Below are positions 9,727 to 18,645 of a stretch of 64,000 nucleotides of DNA, one piece after another. The DNA comes from an uncultured Bacteroidia bacterium. GTDB lineage: Bacteria; Bacteroidota; Bacteroidia; Bacteroidales; UBA932. Where the stretch lies: the NCBI GenBank assembly GCA_902779785.1, contig CACZDC010000003.1, positions 19,674-83,673 on the forward strand, given 5' to 3'. Position 1 is the stretch's first letter. The number at the start of each line of letters is the position of its first letter. Below the pieces are notes generated by a model. The model had not been told where the DNA came from. It saw only the letters and a list, made by a program, of their open reading frames with translations, and searched no databases. Position numbers and translations under genes: made by a program.

Positions 9727-10223
9727 CAGGATTTATGGGAAGCGGGAAGACGAGTGTCGGACGAATTGTCGCAGACGCTCTAGGCTGCCCTTTTCTGGAT
9801 CTGGATGCCTTAATAGAAAAAGCCAGCGAACGCAGCATCCCCGAAATCTTTGCGGCTGACGGAGAAGAGGGCTTCCGGAAGCTGGAAGCCCGGCAGCTGC
9901 GCTCCACTGTCGACAAATACGCGGCCTCCACGGCTGTTCTCTCCCTCGGCGGCGGTACGGTGACAGTCCCCGGGGCTATCCCCCTGCTTCAGGAAAAAAC
10001 TCTCTGCATCTATCTCAAAGCCACGCCGGAAAGCCTTGCCGGGCATCTTGAAGGAAACAGCTCAAACCGTCCCCTCCTACAAGAAGGAAAGCTTATCGAG
10101 AATATCAGGGAGCGCCTCTCCGGACGGGAAAAACTCTACAGGGATGCCGCCCACATCATTCTGGAAACTGACGGACTCTCCCCTGAAGAGATTGCCGATG
10201 AGATAATAATCGACTGTCTTTAG
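9711..10223 (+). CDS. aroK: Shikimate kinase
   Basis: GFMGSGKTS P-loop, DLD, GEEGFR, LGGG, RPLL, R..LY. Confidence 0.93.
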   Translation: MLLALTGFMGSGKTSVGRIVADALGCPFLDLDALIEKASERSIPEIFAADGEEGFRKLEARQLRSTVDKYAASTAVLSLGGGTVTVPGAIPLLQEKTLCIYLKATPESLAGHLEGNSSNRPLLQEGKLIENIRERLSGREKLYRDAAHIILETDGLSPEEIADEIIIDCL

Positions 10224-10226
10224 CGC

Positions 10227-10988
10227 CTAAAACTGGCTTATAAGGACATCAGTGTACTGCTGGGATGCAGTGAGGAAGTTTCCTTCGATGAAGGCGTTGA
10301 CGGCCGTGGCGACAAAGAGCAGGATGATCAGGCTGCTGACGACCACGCCGATGACCCTCAGGCGGGGCAGCCATTTCTTGTTGTTCCATCCTATGGTCTG
10401 GAACATCGACCAGAAACCGTGGTTGATATGCAGCCAGATGGCAATGAACCAGATGATATAGAGCGCTACCACCCACCAGTTGCGGAAGGTCGCAATCAGG
10501 AGGAAGTAGGGATTTTCAGCTTCTGCACCGAGGAACTCCTGAAGTTGCATCTTAGCCCAGAAGTGGTTGAGGTGGAAGCAGAGGAAACCAAGTACAATCA
10601 CCCCCAGGACGGCCATATTCTTCGCCGACCAGCTGTCGTTCTTTGCCTTGGACGGGACCTCATAACGCTTCAGTCCGCCTCTCTTGCGATAGTTCTCGAC
10701 CGTCAGCCAGATTCCGAAGCCGATATGGACGATGAAGCCGAGAGCCAGGATCGGGACCATAATATCGATGAAAGGAGTGGACATAAAGTCGCAGCCGAGC
10801 TGGAACCAGCCGTCTCCGGTGGAGAAACGGACGGCGTCGTCGGAGACTTTGCCGAAAACTCCGTACAAGGAATCGATTACTGAAAAGAAATTGATCGTGC
10901 CGTGAAGCAAGAGGAAGATGACGAGGAAGGCGCCGGAGACGCTCTGAATGAACTTCTTGCCGATTGATGAGGTCAGGAAATTAGCCAT
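10227..10988 (-). CDS. sdhC: Succinate dehydrogenase/fumarate reductase cytochrome b subunit
   Basis: SSIGKKFIQSVSG start; five TM segments; four heme-ligand-type His (LLHGT, IVHIG, FHLNH, LHINHG). Confidence 0.88.
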   Translation of the reverse strand: MANFLTSSIGKKFIQSVSGAFLVIFLLLHGTINFFSVIDSLYGVFGKVSDDAVRFSTGDGWFQLGCDFMSTPFIDIMVPILALGFIVHIGFGIWLTVENYRKRGGLKRYEVPSKAKNDSWSAKNMAVLGVIVLGFLCFHLNHFWAKMQLQEFLGAEAENPYFLLIATFRNWWVVALYIIWFIAIWLHINHGFWSMFQTIGWNNKKWLPRLRVIGVVVSSLIILLFVATAVNAFIEGNFLTASQQYTDVLISQF

Positions 10989-11007
10989 TATTGTCTTTTG
11001 TTTCTTT

Positions 11008-11067
11008 AAAAGTATCGTGCAAATATAGGAATCTTTCTTGGAAGTTTCCCAATATTTCGATACTTTT
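11008..11067. repeat. 10-bp perfect inverted repeat (AAAAGTATCG/CGATACTTTT) enclosing the divergent sdhC/pyrH promoters
   Basis: Arms at 11008-11017 and 11058-11067; -7 boxes TATATTTG (minus, 11020-11027) and TACTTTTG (plus, 11061-11068). Confidence 0.6.
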
Positions 11068-11089
11068 GTTATCGGAATAAAAGCAAGTT

Positions 11090-11794
11090 ATGTACAAGAG
11101 AGTTCTTCTGAAGCTCAGCGGTGAGTCCCTGGGCGGAAAGGCCGGGAAAGGCCTCGATACTGAAAGCCTGAGTGCTTATGCCAGGGAAATAGCCAAAGCG
11201 GTGAAAGCCGGACTCCAGATCGCCATCGTCAATGGCGGAGGCAATATCTTCCGCGGCCTGCAGGGGGCCGAAAAAGGCTTCGACCGCGTGGACGGGGACA
11301 AGATGGGTATGCTTGCGACCATAATCAATTCGCTGGCTCTCAGTATGTTCATCAAGCAGGAAGGAGTGGATGCCGTGGTCTTCACCTCTACTCCGACGGA
11401 GCCTTATGCCAAGTACTATATGAGGGACGATGCCGTCAAGGTACTAGAGCGCGGCGGAGTAGCCCTCATCGCCGGCGGCACGGGCAATCCCTTCTTCACG
11501 ACGGATTCCGGAGCGGCCCTGCGTGCCCTTGAAATCGGCGCCGACGCGCTCCTGAAGGGAACCCGCGTGGACGGAGTCTATACCGCGGACCCCGAGAAGG
11601 ACCCGTCTGCGGTCAAATATGACTCTCTCAGTTTCGAGGAGGCGATTTCTCGGAAGCTGAAGGTGATGGACCAGACAGCCTACGCCCTCTGTTCCGAGGG
11701 CAAAATGCCTATCATCGTCTTCGATATGAACTGCGAAGGCAATCTTACAAAGCTTCTTGAAGGAGAAAAGATCGGCACGCTGGTCCATCCGTAG
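11090..11794 (+). CDS. pyrH: UMP kinase
   Basis: RVLLKLSGE, GGGNIFRG, D.MGMLATIIN, GTGNPFFTTDS, VMDQTA. Confidence 0.97.
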   Translation: MYKRVLLKLSGESLGGKAGKGLDTESLSAYAREIAKAVKAGLQIAIVNGGGNIFRGLQGAEKGFDRVDGDKMGMLATIINSLALSMFIKQEGVDAVVFTSTPTEPYAKYYMRDDAVKVLERGGVALIAGGTGNPFFTTDSGAALRALEIGADALLKGTRVDGVYTADPEKDPSAVKYDSLSFEEAISRKLKVMDQTAYALCSEGKMPIIVFDMNCEGNLTKLLEGEKIGTLVHP

Positions 11795-11802
11795 GAATTT
11801 CG

Positions 11803-11810
11803 TATCTTTG
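11803..11810 (+). promoter_or_regulatory. -7 box (TATCTTTG) for recJ
   Basis: Perfect consensus 8 nt upstream of ATG 11819. Confidence 0.6.
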
Positions 11811-11818
11811 CAGGAACT

Positions 11819-13555
11819 ATGGGCATAGAAGAAAGACAATGGAACCTTATCCAGGCCGCCGACGAAGCGACCGTGAACCGGCTTTCCGTAGAGCTCGGCG
11901 TGGACAGGGTGCTTGCCCAGCTTCTTGTCCAGAGGGGAGTCGCTACCTTCGAGGATGCCCGCAGTTTCTTCCGTCCCAGCCTTGACAAGCTTCACGATCC
12001 TTTCCTGATGAAGGATATGGACAAGGCTGTCGTAAGGATCCACGAGGCCCTCGAAAGGGGAGAGAAAATCCTTGTCTACGGGGACTATGACGTGGACGGG
12101 ACTACGGCTGTAGCAGAGGTCGTAATCTTCCTGAAACGCTTCTCCCAGAAGGTTTCATATTATATCCCCGACCGTTATGACGAAGGCTACGGCCTGTCCT
12201 ACAAGGCCCTCGACTGGGCATCGGACAATCAATTCAACCTTGTCATAACCCTGGACTGCGGCATCAAGGCCACGGACAAGGTCGAGTATGCCAGGGCCAA
12301 AGGGATAGACGTAATCATCTGTGACCACCATCTCCCTGAAGATGAACTACCCAAGGCTGTGGCTGTCCTTGACCCGAAGCGGACTGACTGCCATTATCCT
12401 TTCGACGACCTCTGCGGCTGCGGCGTCGGTTTCAAGCTTCTCCAGGGCTATGCACAGAAATACGGGATAGATTTTTCCGTCCTTGAGCCGCTTCTCGACC
12501 TCCAGGTGGTGAGCATAGCCTCAGACCTGGTGTCTATGACCGGGGAAAACCGTATCCTGGCCTATTATGGGCTGAAAAGGCTGAATGAGGATCCCCGGAA
12601 GGGCCTGGTCGCTATGATGGGGCTCGCAAAGCTGGATCCGGGCCACGTTACAATCGACGACATCGTCTTCAAGATAGGGCCGCGCATCAACGCTGCCGGC
12701 CGTATGGAGTCCGGAAAGCTGGCCGTGGACCTTCTGACCGCAATGGACGAGCGCACGGCAAAACTCATCGCCGAAAAGATCAACGACAACAACAACGAGC
12801 GCAAGTCCATCGACCGTGAGATTACCCAGGAGGCCCTTTCTATGGTCCAGGAAGGCCGTGCCCTTGAGACGGAGAACGTGACCATAGTCTATAATCCCAC
12901 CTGGAACAAGGGGGTGGTCGGAATCGTCGCCTCGCGCCTCGTAGAGGCCTTCTACAAGCCTACGGTGGTGCTTACCAAGTCCAACGGGATGGTGACGGGT
13001 TCCGCCCGCAGCGTCCAGGGCTTCGACCTGTACGCCTCCATCGAGAGTTGCGCCGACTTGCTGGAAAACTTCGGCGGACACGTCTACGCCGCCGGCCTTA
13101 CGATGAAGGAAGAGCATCTGGAGGAGTTCTGCCGGAGGATGAACAGCTTTGTCTCGGACACCATAACAAGCGAGGAACTTACTCCCGTCGTGGATATCGA
13201 CGCCCGTCTGGACTTCTCACAGATAACGCCCAAGTTCCTCAGGATACTGAAACAGTTCCAGCCTTTCGGCCCCGGCAACTCCAATCCGGTCTTCCTTACC
13301 GACGATGTCTATGACGCCGGCAACGGACGCCGCGTCGGAGCAGGCGGAGTGCATCTGAAACTGGACCTTATCCAGGAATCCCAGCCCTACCGGCAGATCG
13401 GCGCCATCGGCTTCAATATGGCCCAGTACTATGATTTCATAAAGGAGGGCAATCCCATCGACGTCTGCTATTCCATCGTGGAGAATTTCTACCGTGGCTC
13501 ATCCACCGTCCAACTCCGCCTGAAGGATATCCGCGAGAGGGAGGAGTTTATCTAA
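11819..13555 (+). CDS. recJ: Single-stranded-DNA exonuclease RecJ
   Basis: GDYDVDG, DCG, DHH, PRINAAGR, GSARS, FGGH motifs. Confidence 0.96.
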   Translation: MGIEERQWNLIQAADEATVNRLSVELGVDRVLAQLLVQRGVATFEDARSFFRPSLDKLHDPFLMKDMDKAVVRIHEALERGEKILVYGDYDVDGTTAVAEVVIFLKRFSQKVSYYIPDRYDEGYGLSYKALDWASDNQFNLVITLDCGIKATDKVEYARAKGIDVIICDHHLPEDELPKAVAVLDPKRTDCHYPFDDLCGCGVGFKLLQGYAQKYGIDFSVLEPLLDLQVVSIASDLVSMTGENRILAYYGLKRLNEDPRKGLVAMMGLAKLDPGHVTIDDIVFKIGPRINAAGRMESGKLAVDLLTAMDERTAKLIAEKINDNNNERKSIDREITQEALSMVQEGRALETENVTIVYNPTWNKGVVGIVASRLVEAFYKPTVVLTKSNGMVTGSARSVQGFDLYASIESCADLLENFGGHVYAAGLTMKEEHLEEFCRRMNSFVSDTITSEELTPVVDIDARLDFSQITPKFLRILKQFQPFGPGNSNPVFLTDDVYDAGNGRRVGAGGVHLKLDLIQESQPYRQIGAIGFNMAQYYDFIKEGNPIDVCYSIVENFYRGSSTVQLRLKDIREREEFI

Positions 13556-15353
13556 TCGGCCTGGTCTTTTCCCTAAGCCACGCGGCCTGAGCGGAACTGA
13601 GCCGCGGCGACAGCGTCCTGTAGACCCTTTCGTTATAGGCATTGAGCCATTCCACTTCGTCCTGTGTCAAGAGTTCAATCTCCAGGCAGGAGGTGTCGAA
13701 ATGGCAGAGTGTAAGGGTCTCGAAGCCAAGCCAGGAGCCGAACTCATTGTCCCCCAATTCCTTGACCAAGACAAGATTCTCGTGCCTCACACCGTGCATA
13801 CCTTCCCGGTAGATGCCCGGCTCGTCGGAACATATCATCCCGGGGAGCAGAGGCTGGGAATTGAAATTCTGCCGGATGTCCTGCGGTCCTTCGTGAACTC
13901 CGAGGAAAAAACCCACTCCGTGGCCGGTACCGTGGCCGAAATTGCGCTTGGTCTTCCAGAGGGGTTCCCTGGCCAGGGCGTCTATCTGACAACCGGCAGT
14001 ACCGCGCGGGAAGACTGCCGTCGCAAGGTCGATATGGCCCTTCAGGACAAACGTGTAATCTTCTCTTTCAAGGGCAGTTACAGGCCCTAGCGGAACAGTG
14101 CGCGTTATATCCGTGGTTCCGAAAAGATACTGTCCTCCGGAGTCAACGAGGTAAAGTCCCCGCCTCTTCAGAAGCGGCGCCCCGGAGCGCGGCGTGATAT
14201 AATGGGGCAGGGCCGCGCCGGGACCATAGGCCGAGATTGTCTCGAAACTGTCGCCCCGATAGCCTTCGATTTCCGAACGCAGCCTCCCGAGTTCGCAGGC
14301 CGCATCCCACTCGCTGACCTCCGGGACATTGTTTTCCAGCCAGTAGAGGAAACGTTCCATCGCAAGGCCGTCCTCCAGGTGAGCTTCCCTCATTCCTTCG
14401 ATCTCCACTTCATTCTTGACCGCCTTCCACTGGGGCACGGGTGACTGAGTCTCAAACACTTCCGGAAGGATATCTCCGTCATCTACACTTTCTCTCATAA
14501 AAGTATTCAGAGTCGATGGGTCTATGCAGATCCTGTCCACTCCGTCCATTTTCAGGGATGCGAGGGAGAATTCCACCTCGTCATAGGGAAGGACCTCCAC
14601 CCCGTCGGCGCGAAGTTCGTCGAAACTGTCCTGCGTTTCTTCGTCCGACTCGGCATCTTCCTTGACCACGAACCATTTCACGGCATCCAGGCTGACAAGC
14701 AGGTATGAAATGACGAAAGGATTGTATTCTATGTCACTTCCCCTGACATTCAGCAGCCAGGCAATCTCATCAAGAGCGCTGATAAAGATAGCATCGTACT
14801 GATTGATTGCAAGCCACTTGCGAAGAGAATGGATCTTCTTTTCGCGGCTCTGTCCCACAAGGTCTTCGCCCAGAGTGATGATCGGAGTCGAAGGAATGGA
14901 CGGACGGGCGTCCCATATCGGAGACAGAATGTCAGGGACGGTCTCGATGCGGGCGTCAGGCACGGCTTTCTGCAAATTCCTCAAGGCCTCGACGCAGAAA
15001 CACAGACCGTCCACGGCTATTACGGGAGAATCCATCCCCAGAGAGGCTATCCATTCCGGAATGGGTACGGCAGCCGGAACTCTGGTCTTATGGAGTTCTA
15101 TCCCGCTGCCCTCAAGCTGCCGCTGCGCCTGGATGAAATAGCGGCTGTCGGTCCATAACCCCGCGTGGGATGCCGTCACGACGAGGTCTCCGGCTTCTCC
15201 CGTAAAGCCCGAGGCCCACGGAACCTGCTTCCAACGGTCTGCCGGATATTCGCTCGCGTGGGGGTCGCCTCCGGTCAGGACCACTATGTCCCAGCCTTCA
15301 TCCAGCATCAGCTGCCGGATCCGTTCAATCCTTGCGGAAAAGATGTTGTCCAT
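13548..15353 (-). CDS. Aminopeptidase P family (M24B) with creatinase N-domains
   Basis: D.H.SEY, WTDSRY, DSGGQY..GTTDITRT, GHGTGHGVG, HEGP, SDEPGIY, RHEN; start placed at ATG 15353, downstream of the -7 box. Confidence 0.93.
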   Translation of the reverse strand: MDNIFSARIERIRQLMLDEGWDIVVLTGGDPHASEYPADRWKQVPWASGFTGEAGDLVVTASHAGLWTDSRYFIQAQRQLEGSGIELHKTRVPAAVPIPEWIASLGMDSPVIAVDGLCFCVEALRNLQKAVPDARIETVPDILSPIWDARPSIPSTPIITLGEDLVGQSREKKIHSLRKWLAINQYDAIFISALDEIAWLLNVRGSDIEYNPFVISYLLVSLDAVKWFVVKEDAESDEETQDSFDELRADGVEVLPYDEVEFSLASLKMDGVDRICIDPSTLNTFMRESVDDGDILPEVFETQSPVPQWKAVKNEVEIEGMREAHLEDGLAMERFLYWLENNVPEVSEWDAACELGRLRSEIEGYRGDSFETISAYGPGAALPHYITPRSGAPLLKRRGLYLVDSGGQYLFGTTDITRTVPLGPVTALEREDYTFVLKGHIDLATAVFPRGTAGCQIDALAREPLWKTKRNFGHGTGHGVGFFLGVHEGPQDIRQNFNSQPLLPGMICSDEPGIYREGMHGVRHENLVLVKELGDNEFGSWLGFETLTLCHFDTSCLEIELLTQDEVEWLNAYNERVYRTLSPRLSSAQAAWLREKTRPIR

Positions 15354-15376
15354 AGCACATTTTTTGTGTTTGTCCA

Positions 15377-15394
15377 CAAATATAGATATATTTG
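15377..15394. promoter_or_regulatory. Back-to-back divergent -7 boxes (CAAATATA-GA-TATATTTG)
   Basis: TATATTTG on both strands 2 nt apart, facing the aminopeptidase P gene and the 15417 gene. Confidence 0.6.
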
Positions 15395-15416
15395 CGTTAG
15401 TTTAAAACATATTACT

Positions 15417-16331
15417 ATGGCAGAAGACCCCCTTGAAAGAATAGAACGTGAAGAACGCGAGAAAAAAGAGCGAAACAACGGGCTGAAGACGAGCGTCATC
15501 GTCCTTGCCGCAGTCGCCATAGCCCTTGGCTGTGCGTTCGCCTATACCTTTATGAAAAACCGAGGAATAGTGCGCGAACTTGAGACCGACAAGGCCGCCC
15601 TGACTGAACAGGTACTGGCTTTCCGCGACTCCATTTCCACGGTCAATTCGAAATATGACGATATCAACGCCCAGCTGGACACCTCCCGCGAACAGGTAAA
15701 CCTCCTGATTGAGAAACTCTCCAAGACCGAGGCCACCAACCGCGCCCAGATGCGCCGCTACGAAAAAGAACTCGGCACGCTGCGCTCGATAATGAAAGGC
15801 TATATCGTCCAGATCGATTCGCTCAACACCCTCAACAAGCGCCTCACCGCCGATGCCGCCCAGGCCCGGAAAGAGGCCGCCGAAGCCCGCCAGGCCAACG
15901 AGAGCCTTACCCTGGAGATGGAGGGTTACAAGAAGCAGGTAAGCGCCGGGAAAACCCTCAAGGCACGCGGCCTGCTCCTGCAGGGGCACACCGCCGGCGG
16001 CAAAGCCACAGACCGCCACAGCCGCGTACGCTACCTTACCACAGAGCTCTCGCTCATAGCGAACGACATCGCCGAAAAAGGGCCGGTCAAGATATATGTG
16101 CGCATCAAGGATCCTGACGAGGTCGTTCTCCTGAACGGATCATCCTCATCCTTCACCCTCGGAGGGGAGACTGTCCAGGCTTCCGCCGAACGCGAAATCG
16201 ACTATCAGGGCGAGGAAGTGGATGTCACCATATATATGAACGACGTCGAAGAATACGTGAAGGGCATCTACACCGCCGAAGTTTACACATCTAAAGGCCT
16301 TCTCGGCAAAACGGATCTGATTTTGAGATGA
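15417..16331 (+). CDS. Single-TM coiled-coil protein with a C-terminal beta domain (hypothetical)
   Basis: TM VIVLAAVAIALGCAFAY followed by a long heptad-rich helix; ATG 15417 preferred because the 15165 extension overlaps the opposite gene. Confidence 0.75.
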   Translation: MAEDPLERIEREEREKKERNNGLKTSVIVLAAVAIALGCAFAYTFMKNRGIVRELETDKAALTEQVLAFRDSISTVNSKYDDINAQLDTSREQVNLLIEKLSKTEATNRAQMRRYEKELGTLRSIMKGYIVQIDSLNTLNKRLTADAAQARKEAAEARQANESLTLEMEGYKKQVSAGKTLKARGLLLQGHTAGGKATDRHSRVRYLTTELSLIANDIAEKGPVKIYVRIKDPDEVVLLNGSSSSFTLGGETVQASAEREIDYQGEEVDVTIYMNDVEEYVKGIYTAEVYTSKGLLGKTDLILR

Positions 16332-17404
16332 TCTATATCCACGTCCCCTTCTGCAAGCGTTTCTGCATCTACTGTGACTTCTTTTCAGAACTGTATTCAG
16401 AGGAAGAAGCCGAGCGCTTTGCGGACAGGGTGTGCGAGGAAATCAGTGCCCGCAGCAATGAGATAGACGACAGGGTGAAGACCCTGTATTTCGGCGGAGG
16501 GACGGCCTCGGTACTTCCGCTGACCACTCTCAGCCGGATTCTGATTGCCCTCGACAAAAGCGGGCACGGGGGCCCATATACGGAATTCACCATAGAGGCG
16601 AACCCGGAGGACATAGTGGAACGCGGAGTCAATTACGTACGCAGTCTCTGCGCCCTGGGGATGAACCGCCTCAGCATCGGAGTGCAGTCCTTCGACGACA
16701 ATCTTCTTGGATGGATGAACCGTCGCCACAATGCCGCCCGCGCCGTGGAGGCTGTCAGGATTGCCCGGGAAGCCGGAGTCAAGAATCTGAGCATAGACCT
16801 TATTTTCGGGCTTTCAAACCTCAGCGACGAAGTGTGGGAGGACACACTAGACAAGGCAGTCGCCCTCAGGGTGGAGCATATTTCCTGCTATCAGCTTACG
16901 GTAGAAGGAGACTGCGCCCTTGCCGGAATGGTCAGGGACGGCTTATATGAGGAGGCATCGGATGAGCTCTGCGCCAGGCAGTACGGAATTCTCTGCCGGA
17001 AGCTGGCAGAGGCCGGATACCATCATTACGAGATATCCAATTTCGCGCTCCCGGGATTCGAGGCGATTCACAACGGCGGCTACTGGCAGCGCATTTCCTA
17101 TGCCGGTTTCGGCCCTTCCGCCCACTCTTTCTCCGGGAAACGCCGGTCCTGGAACAGCCCGGTCCTCAACGACTATGTCCGGACAGAAGAAACTCTTTCC
17201 GACGAGGACTGTGCAGTAGAGACCATAATGCTGGCCCTTCGGCGGGATATCGGGATCGACGCCCCCACCCTGGAAAAACTCTGCAGCAAGGAAGCCATCG
17301 ACAAACTTATCGCAGAGGGCGCCCTCCGTAAAGCCGACGGACGCTACAGCATTCCCGAGGACCATTTCTTCGTCTCCGACCAGATCATACGAAAACTTAT
17401 ATGA
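16328..17404 (+). CDS. hemW: Radical SAM heme chaperone HemW (HemN-like)
   Basis: YIHVPFCKRFCIYCDF (CxxxCxxC), YFGGGT, EANP, NRLSIGVQSF, YEISNF. Confidence 0.88.
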   Translation: MIYIHVPFCKRFCIYCDFFSELYSEEEAERFADRVCEEISARSNEIDDRVKTLYFGGGTASVLPLTTLSRILIALDKSGHGGPYTEFTIEANPEDIVERGVNYVRSLCALGMNRLSIGVQSFDDNLLGWMNRRHNAARAVEAVRIAREAGVKNLSIDLIFGLSNLSDEVWEDTLDKAVALRVEHISCYQLTVEGDCALAGMVRDGLYEEASDELCARQYGILCRKLAEAGYHHYEISNFALPGFEAIHNGGYWQRISYAGFGPSAHSFSGKRRSWNSPVLNDYVRTEETLSDEDCAVETIMLALRRDIGIDAPTLEKLCSKEAIDKLIAEGALRKADGRYSIPEDHFFVSDQIIRKLI

Positions 17405-17853
17405 GATATATCATAAGAGCGGTCAAATATTTTATCCGGGTAAGCATCTTTTTCGGAGCCATACTGCTCGCCCTGATGCTCTCGGGGATTGTTTCCAAAG
17501 ACGTGAATGTCGCTTTCCAGAACGGCTGGCAGTCTATAGGCTGGATTGCCGTAATGTTTGCCGCAGTAAGCGCCGCTTATCCTTTTTTTGGCTACACATC
17601 CCGCCGCATTCCCCTTCTCGGAGACCCGGCCGAATACCGCGGTCAGATTGAAGAGGCTTTCCGAGAGAGGGGTTATGTTCCCTCCGGCGAAGGTCGATTC
17701 CGCCTCGCCTCACCGCTCGCGCGCGCCTTCCGCCTGTGGGAAGACGCCATTACTGTCACCACCCCCCTTGGATACCTTGAAGTGGAAGGCCTCGGACGCG
17801 ACCTTGTACGTGTCGTCAGTTCCCTGGAGCGCCACTTGAAGAATAACGAATAA
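17401..17853 (+). CDS. Hypothetical membrane protein (2 TM)
   Basis: Coupled to hemW (ATGA overlap); two hydrophobic segments at the N-terminus. Confidence 0.65.
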   Translation: MRYIIRAVKYFIRVSIFFGAILLALMLSGIVSKDVNVAFQNGWQSIGWIAVMFAAVSAAYPFFGYTSRRIPLLGDPAEYRGQIEEAFRERGYVPSGEGRFRLASPLARAFRLWEDAITVTTPLGYLEVEGLGRDLVRVVSSLERHLKNNE

Positions 17854-17861
17854 GTATAACT

Positions 17862-18089
17862 ATGGAAACAGACCGACAGAAATTCAAGACAGTGGCCACG
17901 TTTCTGGAGAAAACGCAGGCCGACATTTGTGCAGCGATGTTGGGAGACAACGGCATTCCCGCCGGAGTCTTCGGAGCTGACTCCTCCTACCCTTCGCTCG
18001 GCTATGCAAACCCGATTGAGGTGAAAGTCAACGAAGACGATTACGATGCCGCGATGCAGATTTTGGCAGCGGCTGACAAGGCGGAGTAG
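17862..18089 (+). CDS. DUF2007-like small protein
   Basis: A..CAAMLGDNGIPA...IEVKVNEDDYDAAMQIL pattern. Confidence 0.65.
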   Translation: METDRQKFKTVATFLEKTQADICAAMLGDNGIPAGVFGADSSYPSLGYANPIEVKVNEDDYDAAMQILAAADKAE

Positions 18090-18643
18090 AACTCTTCGCC
18101 AAAAGCTTCCGTAAGAGGCCCCCGGAGGAATTCGTAGACACGGATCCCCTCACGGCGGCCTTTTTCAAATGCGCAGCGGCAGATATCCCAGCGATGGAGA
18201 TTCAAGCCGATGCGTCCGCCCCCGAGTCGGACCACACGTATGGGGTAAAGACTGCAGGAAATGGGCTTACGGAACTTCACGAGACCCTTGTCGAACTGAC
18301 GTTCGATAGCACAGAGGCAATTCCCTTTGTCGTCGAAATGGCAGAAGGCACATTCTTCTCCGCCCCCGACAAGAGGGGTAACGATATCGCCGTCCCGGTC
18401 TATTTCGAAAAAACCTTTTTCCTCGACTGCCTTCCGCCCTTTTTCCTGCATCAACGGAGAAAAGAAAGGATACGCGGCTTCCAGAGGCTCAAGTTCTTCT
18501 TCCTTCAGAGGGGCTCCGCTTTCCCCCACTATGCAGCACGCACCCTTGCAGACAGGATAGTCACAGGCAAAAAATTCCGTCACGACCTCCTCTGAAACAA
18601 GGATGTCGCCTATCTCTATTATGGTTCCGAATTCCCTTCCCAT
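18041..18643 (-). CDS. DUF3109 family Cys-rich protein
   Basis: FFACD...CKGACC.VGESGAPL, C.IE, KPISCSLYPIR, C..A. Confidence 0.8.
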   Translation of the reverse strand: MGREFGTIIEIGDILVSEEVVTEFFACDYPVCKGACCIVGESGAPLKEEELEPLEAAYPFFSPLMQEKGRKAVEEKGFFEIDRDGDIVTPLVGGGEECAFCHFDDKGNCLCAIERQFDKGLVKFRKPISCSLYPIRVVRLGGGRIGLNLHRWDICRCAFEKGRREGIRVYEFLRGPLTEAFGEEFYSALSAAAKICIAAS

Positions 18644-18645
18644 CG

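Noticed and set aside
11008-11067. Phase-variable invertible promoter
   Set aside because: The repeats are short, the enclosed segment is about 40 bp, and no recombinase is nearby; kept only as a low-interest palindrome.
15165-15416. Long N-terminal extensions in the ORF track (15165, 21144, 24914, 28055, 30288, 33884)
   Set aside because: They overlap neighbouring genes or their own -7 promoter boxes; downstream ATGs give canonical N-termini.
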